Virus record (IMG/VR): IMGVR_UViG_2675903650_000004
Span: 1 to 30,314 of that record
Length of the DNA stretch: 30,314 nucleotides
Direction: 5' to 3' (one strand)
Origin: a virus
Lineage: Duplodnaviria; Heunggongvirae; Uroviricota; Caudoviricetes
Below are positions 1 to 8,792 of the stretch, piece by piece. How positions within the stretch are numbered: the first letter of the stretch is position 1; every line of letters starts with the position of its first letter. The notes below the pieces were generated by a model. The model did not search any database and had not been told where the DNA came from. It was given only the letters and a program-made list of their open reading frames with translations. The position numbers were made by a program, and so were the translations under genes.

Positions 1-309
1 ACTAAATCAGTAAGTTGGCAGCATCACCGGCACCTCGCTGTCGGATGCTTTTGCTCTTTGAGATTATCAAAGCGGCAGATATTCTTTCATCTTAAATTTT
101 ACGTCTTTGTTCTGACTGAAGTTCATCCTGTTCGGCTGCGAAATAAATACATCATTAATACATATGTTGTGATGATGTATTTTTATAAATTATTTCCCGC
201 ATGAATTTTAATAAATTTAATCTATTCCTTTATACGCAATACATTTACTTTCCTCTTTTGATGATCTTAAATGTCTCATTTTTCGTAATGTGTATAACAA
301 GGAATAGTG

Positions 310-825
310 ATGAAATTTAAAAAATGTCTTCTGCCTGTGGCAATGTTAGCGTCATTCACTCTGGCAGGATGCCAGTCAAATGCTGATGATCATGCCGCCG
401 ATGTTTATCAAACCGATCAACTGAATACCAAACAAGAAACTAAAACCGTTAATATTATTTCCATTCTTCCCGCAAAAGTTGCCGTAGACAACGCCCAAAA
501 TAAACGGAACGCACAAGCCTTCGGCGCGCTTATTGGCGCTGTCGCTGGCGGTGTTATCGGCCACAACGTCGGGTCTGGCAGCAATTCCGGAACGACGGCA
601 GGTGCAGTTGGCGGCGGAGCTGTAGGCGCGGCAGCGGGTTCGATGGTGAATGATAAAACCTTAGTGGAAGGTGTTTCTTTAACATATAAGGAAGGCACCA
701 AAGTGTATACCTCCACCCAGGTGGGTAAAGAGTGCCAGTTTACGACAGGTTTAGCCGTTGTTATTACCACGACGTATAACGAAACGCGTATTCAGCCAAA
801 TACCAAATGTCCTGAAAAGAGCTAA
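310..825 (+). CDS. exported lipoprotein with glycine-zipper (YcfJ-like) segment
   Basis: ORF 307..825; ATG at 310 preceded by AAGGAA; signal peptide ending in lipobox LAGC; Gly/Ala-rich GALIGAVAGGVIGHNVGSG stretch typical of Gly-zipper membrane proteins; very AT-rich upstream region. Confidence 0.8.
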   Translation: MKFKKCLLPVAMLASFTLAGCQSNADDHAADVYQTDQLNTKQETKTVNIISILPAKVAVDNAQNKRNAQAFGALIGAVAGGVIGHNVGSGSNSGTTAGAVGGGAVGAAAGSMVNDKTLVEGVSLTYKEGTKVYTSTQVGKECQFTTGLAVVITTTYNETRIQPNTKCPEKS

Positions 826-840
826 TAATCAGGAGGAGTC

Positions 841-1380
841 ATGAAGAAAGTTTTTCTTTGCGCCATCTTAGCCTCCTTAAGCTATCCGGCTATCGCCTCA
901 TCATTGCAGGATCAACTCTCGGCTGTCGCAGAAGCGGAACAGCAAGGTAAAAATGAAGAGCAAAGGCAGCATGACGAATGGGTCGCGGAGCGCAACAGGG
1001 AAATCCAGCAAGAGAAGCAACGTCGCGCAAACGCCCAGGCCGCGGCTAATAAAAGAGCGGCAACGGCAGCAGCGAATAAGAAAGCTCGTCAGGATAAACT
1101 GGACGCCGAAGCCACTGCGGACAAAAAACGCGATCAAAGTTATGAAGATGAGCTACGTAGCTTAGAGATTCAGAAACAAAAACTGGCGCTGGCGAAAGAA
1201 GAAGCCCGCGTCAAGCGCGAAAACGAATTTATCGATCAGGAACTGAAGCACAAAGCTGCGCAAACCGATGTGGTGCAATCTGAAGCTGACGCAAACAGAA
1301 ATATGACTGAAGGCGGTCGCGATCTGATGAAAAGCGTGGGCAAAGCAGAAGAGAACAAATCGGACAGCTGGTTTAATTAA
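841..1380 (+). CDS. secreted highly charged coiled-coil protein, unknown function
   Basis: Strong SD (AGGAGG) just upstream of ATG 841; N-terminal signal peptide; K/R/E/Q-rich low-complexity helical body; followed by hairpin terminator. Confidence 0.75.
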   Translation: MKKVFLCAILASLSYPAIASSLQDQLSAVAEAEQQGKNEEQRQHDEWVAERNREIQQEKQRRANAQAAANKRAATAAANKKARQDKLDAEATADKKRDQSYEDELRSLEIQKQKLALAKEEARVKRENEFIDQELKHKAAQTDVVQSEADANRNMTEGGRDLMKSVGKAEENKSDSWFN

Positions 1381-1416
1381 TCGATGTAAGTAACTTCAAG
1401 CCTATAATTCTTGAAG

Positions 1417-1450
1417 ATAAAAAACCCTCTGTAGTAACAGAGGGTTTTGT
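1417..1450. terminator. bidirectional intrinsic terminator
   Basis: A-run, stem CCCTCTG / CAGAGGG with 6-nt loop, then T-run; sits between convergent gene sets (841..1380 plus, lysis cassette minus). Confidence 0.6.
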
Positions 1451-1599
1451 TCATTCATAGTGCAGGGATCAAAATCATTCCCACTCAATTATTTACGATA
1501 ACCATAACCAATTGAGTGATAACATTTTTCCAAATCTCAATTTTTCCCGTACCGTTTTATATACCGTCACCGGAAATCAGTACCGTGAAAAATGCCATG

Positions 1600-2082
1600 C
1601 TATCTGGTCAGGGTGTCGTACTGTTTTTCGCAGACTCTTCCGGCTTCGGATGCCCGGTCAGCATACTCTGCCAGTTGTCTATTTCTCTCGAGAGATTTGC
1701 TGAACACGTCGGAAAGCAAAACTCCGGTGTCTGCGGCTGACGACCCAGCGCCGACAATGGCGTTATAGTGCCTGAGCTGCTCACGGATGGCAACGAGCTG
1801 TTGCTGCAACCGGCCAGCGCGAGCGGCAGCATCAAGAGCATCATTGCGCGCCTGGTCGATCCTCTGCTGCGCTTCACGTTCATTGATCGATTTCTCCTGT
1901 TCGTAGTGCTGACGAACTATCTCATCTTCAGCTTTGCGGTCTTTCTTCGCCTGCGCATACCCGGCATCGTACTGACGACTGCCGTGTGCATTCCAGGCTA
2001 CAACTCCTGATATGACCAGAACAGCAAGCATCGCCATGATAACCAACTGTTTCCAGTATGCTTTTGCGAATGCCCAGATCAT
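1600..2082 (-). CDS. Rz-like i-spanin (lysis protein)
   Basis: 160 aa, N-terminal TM helix then charged coiled-coil periplasmic domain; ATG overlaps endolysin stop (ATGA); last gene of lysis cassette. Confidence 0.8.
   Translation of the reverse strand: MIWAFAKAYWKQLVIMAMLAVLVISGVVAWNAHGSRQYDAGYAQAKKDRKAEDEIVRQHYEQEKSINEREAQQRIDQARNDALDAAARAGRLQQQLVAIREQLRHYNAIVGAGSSAADTGVLLSDVFSKSLERNRQLAEYADRASEAGRVCEKQYDTLTR
1608..1844 (-). CDS. Rz1-like o-spanin lipoprotein embedded in Rz in alternate frame
   Basis: ORF 1608..1883 in a different frame inside Rz; internal Met followed by signal peptide with lipobox LAGC and Pro/Ser-rich mature part; start codon choice uncertain (1844 or 1841). Confidence 0.45.
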   Translation of the reverse strand: MMLLMLPLALAGCSNSSLPSVSSSGTITPLSALGRQPQTPEFCFPTCSANLSREIDNWQSMLTGHPKPEESAKNSTTP

Positions 2083-2708
2083 ACCGCCAGCACCTTACTG
2101 GCAGTGATGTACCGCGCGCGCCGGTCGTCGATGCCGTTCCGGCCACCATTGATAATCAGAGTTACACGTGCAATATCGCCGGTATACTTCATGCATCCTT
2201 TGCTGGCGAAGAACCACGCCGCGCTACGAGCCGCATATTCGTCCTGCGCCAGCAGTTCAGGGCTCTCCAGCAGGTCAACCTTCAGGCCGTTTCCGCAATC
2301 ACGATAGTTATTCAAACCGGTAATCTGGATAAGTCCGCGCCCTCGGTAATTCCAGCCATCACCAGGGGCATTGTTCCCCATGCGTTTGCTGTACACCAGA
2401 TTGGCGATCGCACGCTGGCGCTCCAGAGGCAGAGACTTCTCATATGCTTTTCGTCCCAGCGTGCTGGCCTGGTCCGGCGTGATGCGTCCGGCACGGATAA
2501 ACCCGGACAGTCCATTAACGCTGTAGTTGAAGTTTTCCTGTAACCGGGTAAATCCTCCGGACTCATGCCCGACCTGCGCGATAAACATCGCCTGGTCATC
2601 TGGTTTGATAATGCCAAACTCATTCATGGCAGCAGTGATATGCAGAAACCAGCGTGCGGCCAGCGCCTCGCTAATACCAGCAGCTCGCTGGAATTGTTTA
2701 ATCTCCAT
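2079..2708 (-). CDS. endolysin, glycoside hydrolase family 19 (chitinase-like lysozyme)
   Basis: Start taken at [11 protein letters not shown] (ATG 2708), not the upstream extension of the ORF track; GH19-type endolysin signature ([10 protein letters not shown]...[12 protein letters not shown]...) recalled from Salmonella phage endolysins; overlaps holin stop. Confidence 0.88.
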   Translation of the reverse strand: MEIKQFQRAAGISEALAARWFLHITAAMNEFGIIKPDDQAMFIAQVGHESGGFTRLQENFNYSVNGLSGFIRAGRITPDQASTLGRKAYEKSLPLERQRAIANLVYSKRMGNNAPGDGWNYRGRGLIQITGLNNYRDCGNGLKVDLLESPELLAQDEYAARSAAWFFASKGCMKYTGDIARVTLIINGGRNGIDDRRARYITASKVLAV

Positions 2709-3006
2709 GTTTAGACCTCGATACTTTGAAAATTTGAACGACGTTACCGCGCGTTTTAATAACCGCAGCGAGCATGACAGCGTTGATAATGACCTCAGAT
2801 AAATCCACAGCCATTGGCGTGCGTAACCAGATTGCATAGGCGACACGAACAGGAATACTGGCCGCAGCAACAATCAGGAAATAAGCAAGCCACCCTCCCC
2901 ATCTTCGGTGTTGTGACCCGTTACGCCGAAATGTGACAACGCGAATTGCTATGCCAGTACAAATAACTGCATTGGTGATAAGAAAAAAAAGCTCATACGT
3001 TGCCAT
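2698..3006 (-). CDS. holin-like small membrane protein
   Basis: 102 aa, 2-3 predicted TM helices, charged C-terminus; RBS GGGGAG 8 nt upstream; directly upstream of and overlapping the endolysin gene. Confidence 0.7.
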   Translation of the reverse strand: MATYELFFLITNAVICTGIAIRVVTFRRNGSQHRRWGGWLAYFLIVAAASIPVRVAYAIWLRTPMAVDLSEVIINAVMLAAVIKTRGNVVQIFKVSRSKHGD

Positions 3007-3397
3007 CGTCTTTTCTCCCCGGAATTAACTCACGTGGATTATCGGAACGGTGATAGAGCCAGATGCCAATTCGTACTGCGACGATTGCTGACACGAATGC
3101 GCCAGCAGAGAAAACAACCCCTTTCTCGAAAGAGTCCTGCGTGATAGTAGGGATCAGGCTAGCTACGCCTATAAGAATTGATGCTGCTGGTTTGTAGAAA
3201 AGAAGCCCACAGAGAAAGCTAAGCATCGACAAGAGTACGCGACGACTAATTGGGTACTCTACCGCAGAGGTAACAAAAATCACCGCTCCTGACAAAGACC
3301 CCAACGCTACTTCTGGAGGTACTCCTGCTATCACCGCAGCTAGAGAACCAAGACTAAGCCATTGATTTAATGTTTCACTGGTTAGTTGAACTGACAT
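2993..3397 (-). CDS. second holin/antiholin-like membrane protein
   Basis: ORF 2993..3406, about 4 hydrophobic helices; ATG at 3397 preferred over GTG 3406; first gene of lysis cassette after 400-nt untranslated region. Confidence 0.6.
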   Translation of the reverse strand: MSVQLTSETLNQWLSLGSLAAVIAGVPPEVALGSLSGAVIFVTSAVEYPISRRVLLSMLSFLCGLLFYKPAASILIGVASLIPTITQDSFEKGVVFSAGAFVSAIVAVRIGIWLYHRSDNPRELIPGRKDDGNV

Positions 3398-3812
3398 AGA
3401 AACCACCGTTTACTGTGCATAAAGACCCACCTTAGTTGGTGAGTCCATCATACACAATTAATACATATATGGTTTAATTGAAATCCCCAAAAACATTCTG
3501 AATAGGTGAGGTGTTTTCTGGCTCCATAGCTATGACGTGGCTTTTGATGCCTAACTTTATAAGGTGCCACGACAATGTGATAGGTACATAGGATTCAGTT
3601 ACCAATGCAAAGCTTTGTGTGTCTCAGTTTTGTCTCATGCCAACCCAGTAGAATCAATCTACTTAATCTCTCTGCAGTGAATATTTTGTTTGCACGCAAT
3701 TGCACATGATGAACTGGCGCTTATGATAATTTCTGACGGTGATCTGATGGGAGTGAAAGTGCGGCTATCTGATGATACAATGCTCTTCAAAATAAACAGT
3801 TAGGTGATTTTT

Positions 3813-4856
3813 ATGTTGGTCAAAGATGCGCTAAAAAGGGATAACAATAACCTTGACTTAATACGTATTTTTTGTGCAATTTCTGTAATATTTGCCCATT
3901 CATATTATCTTGCAAATTCTGATGGAGCCCAGGAGCCGGTTCAGTCTGTTTTCACATTTACATATACTGGTTCCATTGCTGTAAAAATATTTTTCTTTAT
4001 TAGCGGAATGCTTGTAACTAATAGTTTATTAACAACGCGAAACATACCACACTTTATTTCATCTAGATTTTTTAGAATATTCCCCGCATTCATTTTTGTT
4101 TTATTATTCGCGACATTCATTGTTGGACCATTACTTACAACGCATTCAATGACATCTTATTTAAAAGATACGCTGACGTACAGCTATCTATTTAAAAGCT
4201 CATATTTGGATATGCAATTTTTTCTTCCTGGTGTTTTTGAGGAAAATATATATAAAAGCTCAGTTAATGGTTCTTTATGGACAATACCATATGAAGTTGC
4301 ATCTTATGTCGTGCTCCTAGCATGCTACATGATAACTCAGAGCAGAGGAAGAATAATACCTAGCATCATATGCTTATCAATAATAGCGCTTCCAGTATTG
4401 GGATGGAACAAATTAATTTTTATAAATAACGATAATGCAGATGTGTTTTTAATGGCTCCATGCTTTGCTCTTGGCGCATTGTATGCTATAAACAAGGACA
4501 AAATATACATTTCACTACATGCACCAATAGGATTTGCAATATTATATAATTTTGTGTCAGAACCAACACTCAAGCATATGCTTTTTTATTTTTGCGCATG
4601 TACATTTTTCGTATATTTATCAACAACAAAAATAATAAAATCAATAAGAATAAAACATGATGTATCATATGGCGTTTACTTGTGGGGCTTTTTAATACAG
4701 CAGATAACATTCAGGTTATTACCTGATATAAATCTGTACTTAAATCAAGTTTTATGCATAGCACTATCACTTATTGCTGGACTGATATCATTTATTGCGA
4801 TAGAAAAACCAGCAATGGATATTGGGAAAAAGATATCAAACAAATTCAGATATTAG
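3813..4856 (+). CDS. acyltransferase family 3 membrane protein (O-antigen O-acetyltransferase-like, Oac/OafA type)
   Basis: ORF 3804..4856; ATG 3813 with RBS AGGTGA 5 nt upstream; about 10 TM helices; N-terminal NNxxDxxRxxxAxxVxxxH motif of Acyl_transf_3; very AT-rich codon usage unlike neighbours. Confidence 0.85.
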   Translation: MLVKDALKRDNNNLDLIRIFCAISVIFAHSYYLANSDGAQEPVQSVFTFTYTGSIAVKIFFFISGMLVTNSLLTTRNIPHFISSRFFRIFPAFIFVLLFATFIVGPLLTTHSMTSYLKDTLTYSYLFKSSYLDMQFFLPGVFEENIYKSSVNGSLWTIPYEVASYVVLLACYMITQSRGRIIPSIICLSIIALPVLGWNKLIFINNDNADVFLMAPCFALGALYAINKDKIYISLHAPIGFAILYNFVSEPTLKHMLFYFCACTFFVYLSTTKIIKSIRIKHDVSYGVYLWGFLIQQITFRLLPDINLYLNQVLCIALSLIAGLISFIAIEKPAMDIGKKISNKFRY

Positions 4857-4859
4857 ATA

Positions 4860-4886
4860 AAAAGGGGCTTTCAGCCCCTTTTTTTA
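4860..4886. terminator. bidirectional intrinsic terminator between convergent acyltransferase and tailspike genes
   Basis: Stem AGGGGCT / AGCCCCT with 3-nt loop, A-run upstream and T-run downstream (coordinates approximate). Confidence 0.7.
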
Positions 4887-6986
4887 CGTGGTAGTTGCGG
4901 ATACCTTCCATTCACCAGTTGATACGTATGTCCACTTCCACGGTCCGGTAGAAACCGGACCAAGCAATTCCCACTTGGTGCCAAACGGGAAATTAGTTGT
5001 ATCTCCCGTGGGTGGTGATACTGATAGAACCGTTATATATCCTGACTCAAGTCTGCATAATGCAGTCCATGATGAGTTTCCGGTTATACTATAGGTGCCG
5101 CCTGAATCAACCTTGTTGATCCAGCTCTGCCCACTCCCCCATCTAATAGAATCAGTGGTGTTGTCGGGAATTACCGCACCATTAAAATTTGCAGTTGCAT
5201 CATTAAGATATATGTATTTGCTAGATGAGACTCCAGAGTAACCAGAAAAATGAGATGAAACCAATGAGATGAAACACGATTCCAGAGATACAGCTTCAAC
5301 TCCTCCATCATGATGATTAACCCCTCTAAATGCAGTTACGTTAATTCGACTACCATTTATATCAAATATTTTACCAGTGCCTTCTTCGCTTCCGCATCCA
5401 GATAGATTTACTCCAGTACAATCTTTAAATTTATAGCCAGTACCATTAACGAAGTCAGCAGCCAAACAAGTCAGGCTGCTATATGTAATGTTATTAAAAT
5501 CATATGCAACACCTGAACATGTTTTCACATAAATATTGTTTAAATTATATGTGGTTCCACCTGCTTCGATTTTAACTCCAGTAACGACATCCTGAATAGT
5601 AATGTTTTCCCATGTCTGCAACCAGCTATCACTAGTGCGATAACCGGTTTTCACCCTATGAATATACAGGTCCTGAAGGCGCACATTGTAACTGATAGCG
5701 CTATATATCCCGTAATCACAAGGATTGGGCGCAGTATTTAGAATACTCAATCCAATTATTCTGGTGCTTCTTGTTTGTTTCCCGCTTAAATCACCTGATG
5801 TGTCACTATCCATATCTACCGCAACAATAAAGTCTTTGGAGAAGCTGTGTGGTACACCCTGCCACATGCGATCCGGAACGGTTTTAATATCGTTACCTGT
5901 TTTAATTAATCCACAGGAATCCATACCGCACCCCTCCAGCGTGACACGTGGAGGCACGATAGCGCCATACTTAATATCGTAAAATCCATTGAGTCTGAGC
6001 GTACCTCCTTCATATGGAAGGCATGCAGTCAGGCGTTCAAAGGCTTCACTGTTTTGCTCAGCCGTACATGATGTCATCATGCCACCGTTCTCTACCGGAA
6101 TATCGATGTGGCTTCCAGCTCTCTTCCATCGCTTACCGCCGGGGGTAACAAAAATATTCACACCATCGTCAGCTTCAGAACTGTCAAACGACATGAACAC
6201 CCCACCTCCAAGACCGGGGGTATCGCTATAATAACCTCTGACAATAATTTGCTGGTTTACTGACGAAGGTTCAGTATTTCTTAATGTGGCCACATCAGGG
6301 CAGGAACCGATATTTTTAAACCCATCGGTGGCAGCAAGCTGCAACATGACATCAGTAGCGCTCCCAGATTCCGGGAGAACCATGATTGGGTCTCCTGAAT
6401 CATCCATTGCAACAATCTTATTCTTACGTTGCTCAACGCCGGGCAAAGTTGATATCGGTTCGGGAGTTCGTAGCGTTCTGCTCAGGTTTGTTTCTGCAAG
6501 CCCGTCAACATAATTTTTCGTTGCTGCATCTTGCGGCCTAGATGGGTCACGAAGATTACGAATATAGTTATTCATCGCGTCGTAATAATTAGCCACGAAC
6601 GACGGCTTTCGTAGCGCCAGACTGAACCAATTTCGAACCTGCTGGATCAGCATCGTTAGCTTATCAAAAGCGTTCTCATGCACTTCTGCAAAGAACTTAC
6701 CCTGATTACGCAAATCAGTTTCCTGCGTAACCGGTAGCTCTCGATATATAGAAATCAGATAACCGTTAGCCAACACCTTCGACAGAATTACATTACCACC
6801 GTTATATCCTCCCGCCCCGGTAACTGTGTAATCAGTATCAAGAGCAAGAACAGTGATATTTTCATCAAGGTCAACCACTTGTACTACCAGATCAGATTTC
6901 TGGAAAATCCTGAAGGTATACGGAAATGATGTCGTAACACCGTTACCTGTGTATTCGTTGTGGTCAACTTCGGTTGAGACCGTCAT
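4884..6986 (-). CDS. tailspike / tail fibre with T7 gp17-like N-terminal anchor and beta-helix-like receptor-binding body
   Basis: 700 aa; N-terminal about 150 aa match the conserved podovirus tail-fibre anchor pattern (YTGNGVTTSFPYTF...DYTV) as remembered for T7 gp17; remainder rich in G/S/T/N beta-strand repeats typical of polysaccharide-binding or depolymerase tailspikes. Confidence 0.85.
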   Translation of the reverse strand: MTVSTEVDHNEYTGNGVTTSFPYTFRIFQKSDLVVQVVDLDENITVLALDTDYTVTGAGGYNGGNVILSKVLANGYLISIYRELPVTQETDLRNQGKFFAEVHENAFDKLTMLIQQVRNWFSLALRKPSFVANYYDAMNNYIRNLRDPSRPQDAATKNYVDGLAETNLSRTLRTPEPISTLPGVEQRKNKIVAMDDSGDPIMVLPESGSATDVMLQLAATDGFKNIGSCPDVATLRNTEPSSVNQQIIVRGYYSDTPGLGGGVFMSFDSSEADDGVNIFVTPGGKRWKRAGSHIDIPVENGGMMTSCTAEQNSEAFERLTACLPYEGGTLRLNGFYDIKYGAIVPPRVTLEGCGMDSCGLIKTGNDIKTVPDRMWQGVPHSFSKDFIVAVDMDSDTSGDLSGKQTRSTRIIGLSILNTAPNPCDYGIYSAISYNVRLQDLYIHRVKTGYRTSDSWLQTWENITIQDVVTGVKIEAGGTTYNLNNIYVKTCSGVAYDFNNITYSSLTCLAADFVNGTGYKFKDCTGVNLSGCGSEEGTGKIFDINGSRINVTAFRGVNHHDGGVEAVSLESCFISLVSSHFSGYSGVSSSKYIYLNDATANFNGAVIPDNTTDSIRWGSGQSWINKVDSGGTYSITGNSSWTALCRLESGYITVLSVSPPTGDTTNFPFGTKWELLGPVSTGPWKWTYVSTGEWKVSATTT

Positions 6987-7090
6987 GCTAAATCTCCAGA
7001 TAGTCGCAGCACCCGTTGCGCCGCATATCTGGCTATTTTATTACCCAACGAACCATATATGGATAGAAACATCATCAATACACACAGATA

Positions 7091-7105
7091 TTACCTTTCA
7101 GGTGA
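7091..7105. promoter_or_regulatory. operator-like palindrome TTACC-N5-GGTGA (site a), about 105 nt upstream of tailspike start
   Basis: ATTACCTTTCAGGTGA; 14/15 identical to site d at 26096; lies in the divergent region between tailspike and antirepressor module. Confidence 0.4.
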
Positions 7106-7138
7106 TTTGCAAAACGTGCTGGATAGCAAACAAATTAT

Positions 7139-7162
7139 TTGATACTGTATATTTGTACAGTT
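7139..7162 (+). promoter_or_regulatory. LexA (SOS) box overlapping a putative promoter
   Basis: TACTGTATATTTGTACAGTT = CTGT-N8-ACAG with AT-rich spacer (LexA consensus); TTGATA -35-like hexamer immediately upstream; 20 nt before the RBS (GGAG) of ORF 7182. Confidence 0.65.
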
Positions 7163-7181
7163 ATTGCATGGAGAAGATAAG

Positions 7182-7439
7182 ATGCAGCAGTATCACTATC
7201 CACTGGAAGACGGATTTACCGAAAGGATTCACACGCCGGGAGGCGTCAGATTACTGGTGGAGGGATCGCTCTTGATGAAATTACTCCGGGATCTCGATAA
7301 GGATGGATTTAATGTCGATGGCCCACTTGCCGAACTGACTGCACTGATTAACTACGTCACCAGCTCACAGATGTCTATGCAGGATCTGCAAACACATCTC
7401 GACTATTGTGCCGAACAATTACGAAAACAAACCAGATAA
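7182..7439 (+). CDS. small protein paralogous to the C-terminal domain of the downstream antirepressor (candidate SOS-induced antirepressor)
   Basis: ORF 7164..7439 (TTG) with ATG at 7182 and GGAG RBS; residues GGVRLLVEGSLLMKLLRDLDKDGFNVDGPLAELTALINYV...DLQTHLDYCAEQL align by eye with the C-terminus of ORF 7755..8465. Confidence 0.6.
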   Translation: MQQYHYPLEDGFTERIHTPGGVRLLVEGSLLMKLLRDLDKDGFNVDGPLAELTALINYVTSSQMSMQDLQTHLDYCAEQLRKQTR

Positions 7440-7442
7440 GGT

Positions 7443-7485
7443 TTGCAATTACCAAGTGGAGTGCTTATATTTACCTTTGAGGTAA
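7443..7485 (+). promoter_or_regulatory. promoter (TTGCAA-17-TATATT) with overlapping operator TTACCTTTGAGGTAA (site b)
   Basis: Sigma70-like hexamers with 17-nt spacer; 15-bp palindrome begins at last base of the -10. Confidence 0.5.
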
Positions 7486-7598
7486 ATTTACATCGCACTC
7501 CTCTTGTGCCATAGTAATCGGGTACTGGCAAAATCCAGTGCCGGGATTGGCGTCCCGAGTTACTAAGTGGCGCATACCACGCCAGACGTGGTTTTTTT
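7486..7598 (+). ncRNA. candidate structured leader or small RNA ending at an intrinsic terminator upstream of ant
   Basis: No ORF with RBS; several local hairpins (ACTGG/CCAGT, CGGGA/TCCCG); terminator ACCACG-CCAGA-CGTGGT followed by T7 at about 7576..7598. Confidence 0.3.
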
Positions 7599-7754
7599 AT
7601 GCGTTAAGCACAGCCATATCCGAATTATGGTGGGCTGGGCAGGGGTCCGAAAGGACGCCGGTACCACTTAGGCCGGTACGCCAACCTTGTCCAGTTCACC
7701 ACCAGTAATTGGCGTTGCGGTGGTGATTAAAATCACTAAGTGGAGATAACCACC

Positions 7755-8465
7755 ATGGCTAATGCTCAAACTGCCATCTTCAAATTTGAATCTGTTAACC
7801 CTATCCGTTCCATCATTATCGATGGCCAACCATGGTTTGTAGCCCAAGACGTTTGTAGTGCGCTGCGTATCCAAAACGTCACCCAATCACTTGAAAAACT
7901 GGATGATGATGAAAGGTCTATGTTCAACATAGGGCATGAACATCGTGCAATTTTTGACAGCCGAGTAAAAGAGATCAACATCATCTCCGAGTCAGGCCTC
8001 TACACACTGATCCTCCGCTGCCGCGATGCGGTGACACCAGGCACTATCCCCTACCGCTTTCGTAAATGGGTTACAGGTGAGGTTCTTCCTCAGATCCGCC
8101 GCACCGGAAGTTACATTAAAAACTCGCTCCCGCAGGAAGAACGCATAAAGATGGTTGCCGACCAGGTAGCCAACGCCACGGCGTCAGCAGTAATACAGGC
8201 AATGAAGATAGAGAACAAAACCTACAGTGCCCCACTGAAGCCCGGCTACCGCAGCCTGATTCACTCGCCGTCTGGTGTTCTCGGCCTGACGGAGAACTCA
8301 CTGCTGATGAATCTGCTGAACCAGTTACAGGAAGACGGGCATGACGTATCGGGCGCGGCGGCGGAACTGACCACCATGTTCTGCTACATCGTCGGTGTGA
8401 GTAAATGCCTGCGTGATATCCAGACCCACGCGGAATACATCAACGACAAGGCAGGATTCTTCTGA
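7755..8465 (+). CDS. phage antirepressor (Bro-N / Ant N-terminal domain plus C-terminal domain)
   Basis: ORF 7740..8465 (GTG); ATG 7755 with GGAG 9 nt upstream; Bro-N-type signature FKFESVNPIRSIIIDGQPWFVAQDVCSALRI. Confidence 0.85.
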   Translation: MANAQTAIFKFESVNPIRSIIIDGQPWFVAQDVCSALRIQNVTQSLEKLDDDERSMFNIGHEHRAIFDSRVKEINIISESGLYTLILRCRDAVTPGTIPYRFRKWVTGEVLPQIRRTGSYIKNSLPQEERIKMVADQVANATASAVIQAMKIENKTYSAPLKPGYRSLIHSPSGVLGLTENSLLMNLLNQLQEDGHDVSGAAAELTTMFCYIVGVSKCLRDIQTHAEYINDKAGFF

Positions 8466-8509
8466 CGGGCGGTGGCACATGGATGTGCTTTTAAATAATT
8501 CTGTACAGA

Positions 8510-8552
8510 TTGCAGACTGTGGGTGAATAGCGTACTATTACCTCAAGGGTAA
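8510..8552 (+). promoter_or_regulatory. promoter (TTGCAG-17-TACTAT) with overlapping operator TTACCTCAAGGGTAA (site c)
   Basis: Same architecture as site b: -35, 17-nt spacer, -10, then 15-bp TTACC-N5-GGTAA palindrome. Confidence 0.5.
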
Positions 8553-8612
8553 ACGGATTGGTTTCATTTTTATTAATCCGTGTAATGAACTTATGAGATA
8601 TGAGGTAATGTC

Positions 8613-8792
8613 ATGCGAAACGAAAAATTGCAGATGCGTAGAGCGCAAGCTGCCGCAAGACGTTCTTTCAATGGAAGCGTAGAGTACGTAAAAGTTACTA
8701 TGACAAAAGATCACGCAAGTCGCGTATCCCGCGCTTTCTTTGATTCTCGTAACAATAAGGAAAATTATGAGTTCGTCTGCGTCGCAGAATGA
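8613..8792 (+). CDS. hypothetical 59-aa basic protein (candidate antitoxin or regulator)
   Basis: Not in ORF track (below length cut-off); ATG 8613 with GAGG 7 nt upstream; translation MRNEKLQMRRAQAAARRSF...; 3' end overlaps start of ORF 8767 by 26 nt. Confidence 0.35.
   Translation: MRNEKLQMRRAQAAARRSFNGSVEYVKVTMTKDHASRVSRAFFDSRNNKENYEFVCVAE

Noticed and set aside
2709-2873. Long form of the endolysin (264 aa) starting at 2873
   Set aside because: The upstream 55 codons overlap the holin gene and are not endolysin-like; conserved GH19 endolysins begin at MEIKQ.
8466-8500. Hairpin GCACAT-GG-ATGTGC followed by TTTT after ant as a terminator
   Set aside because: The 2-nt loop is sterically implausible for a canonical intrinsic terminator and the T-run is short; noted but not annotated.
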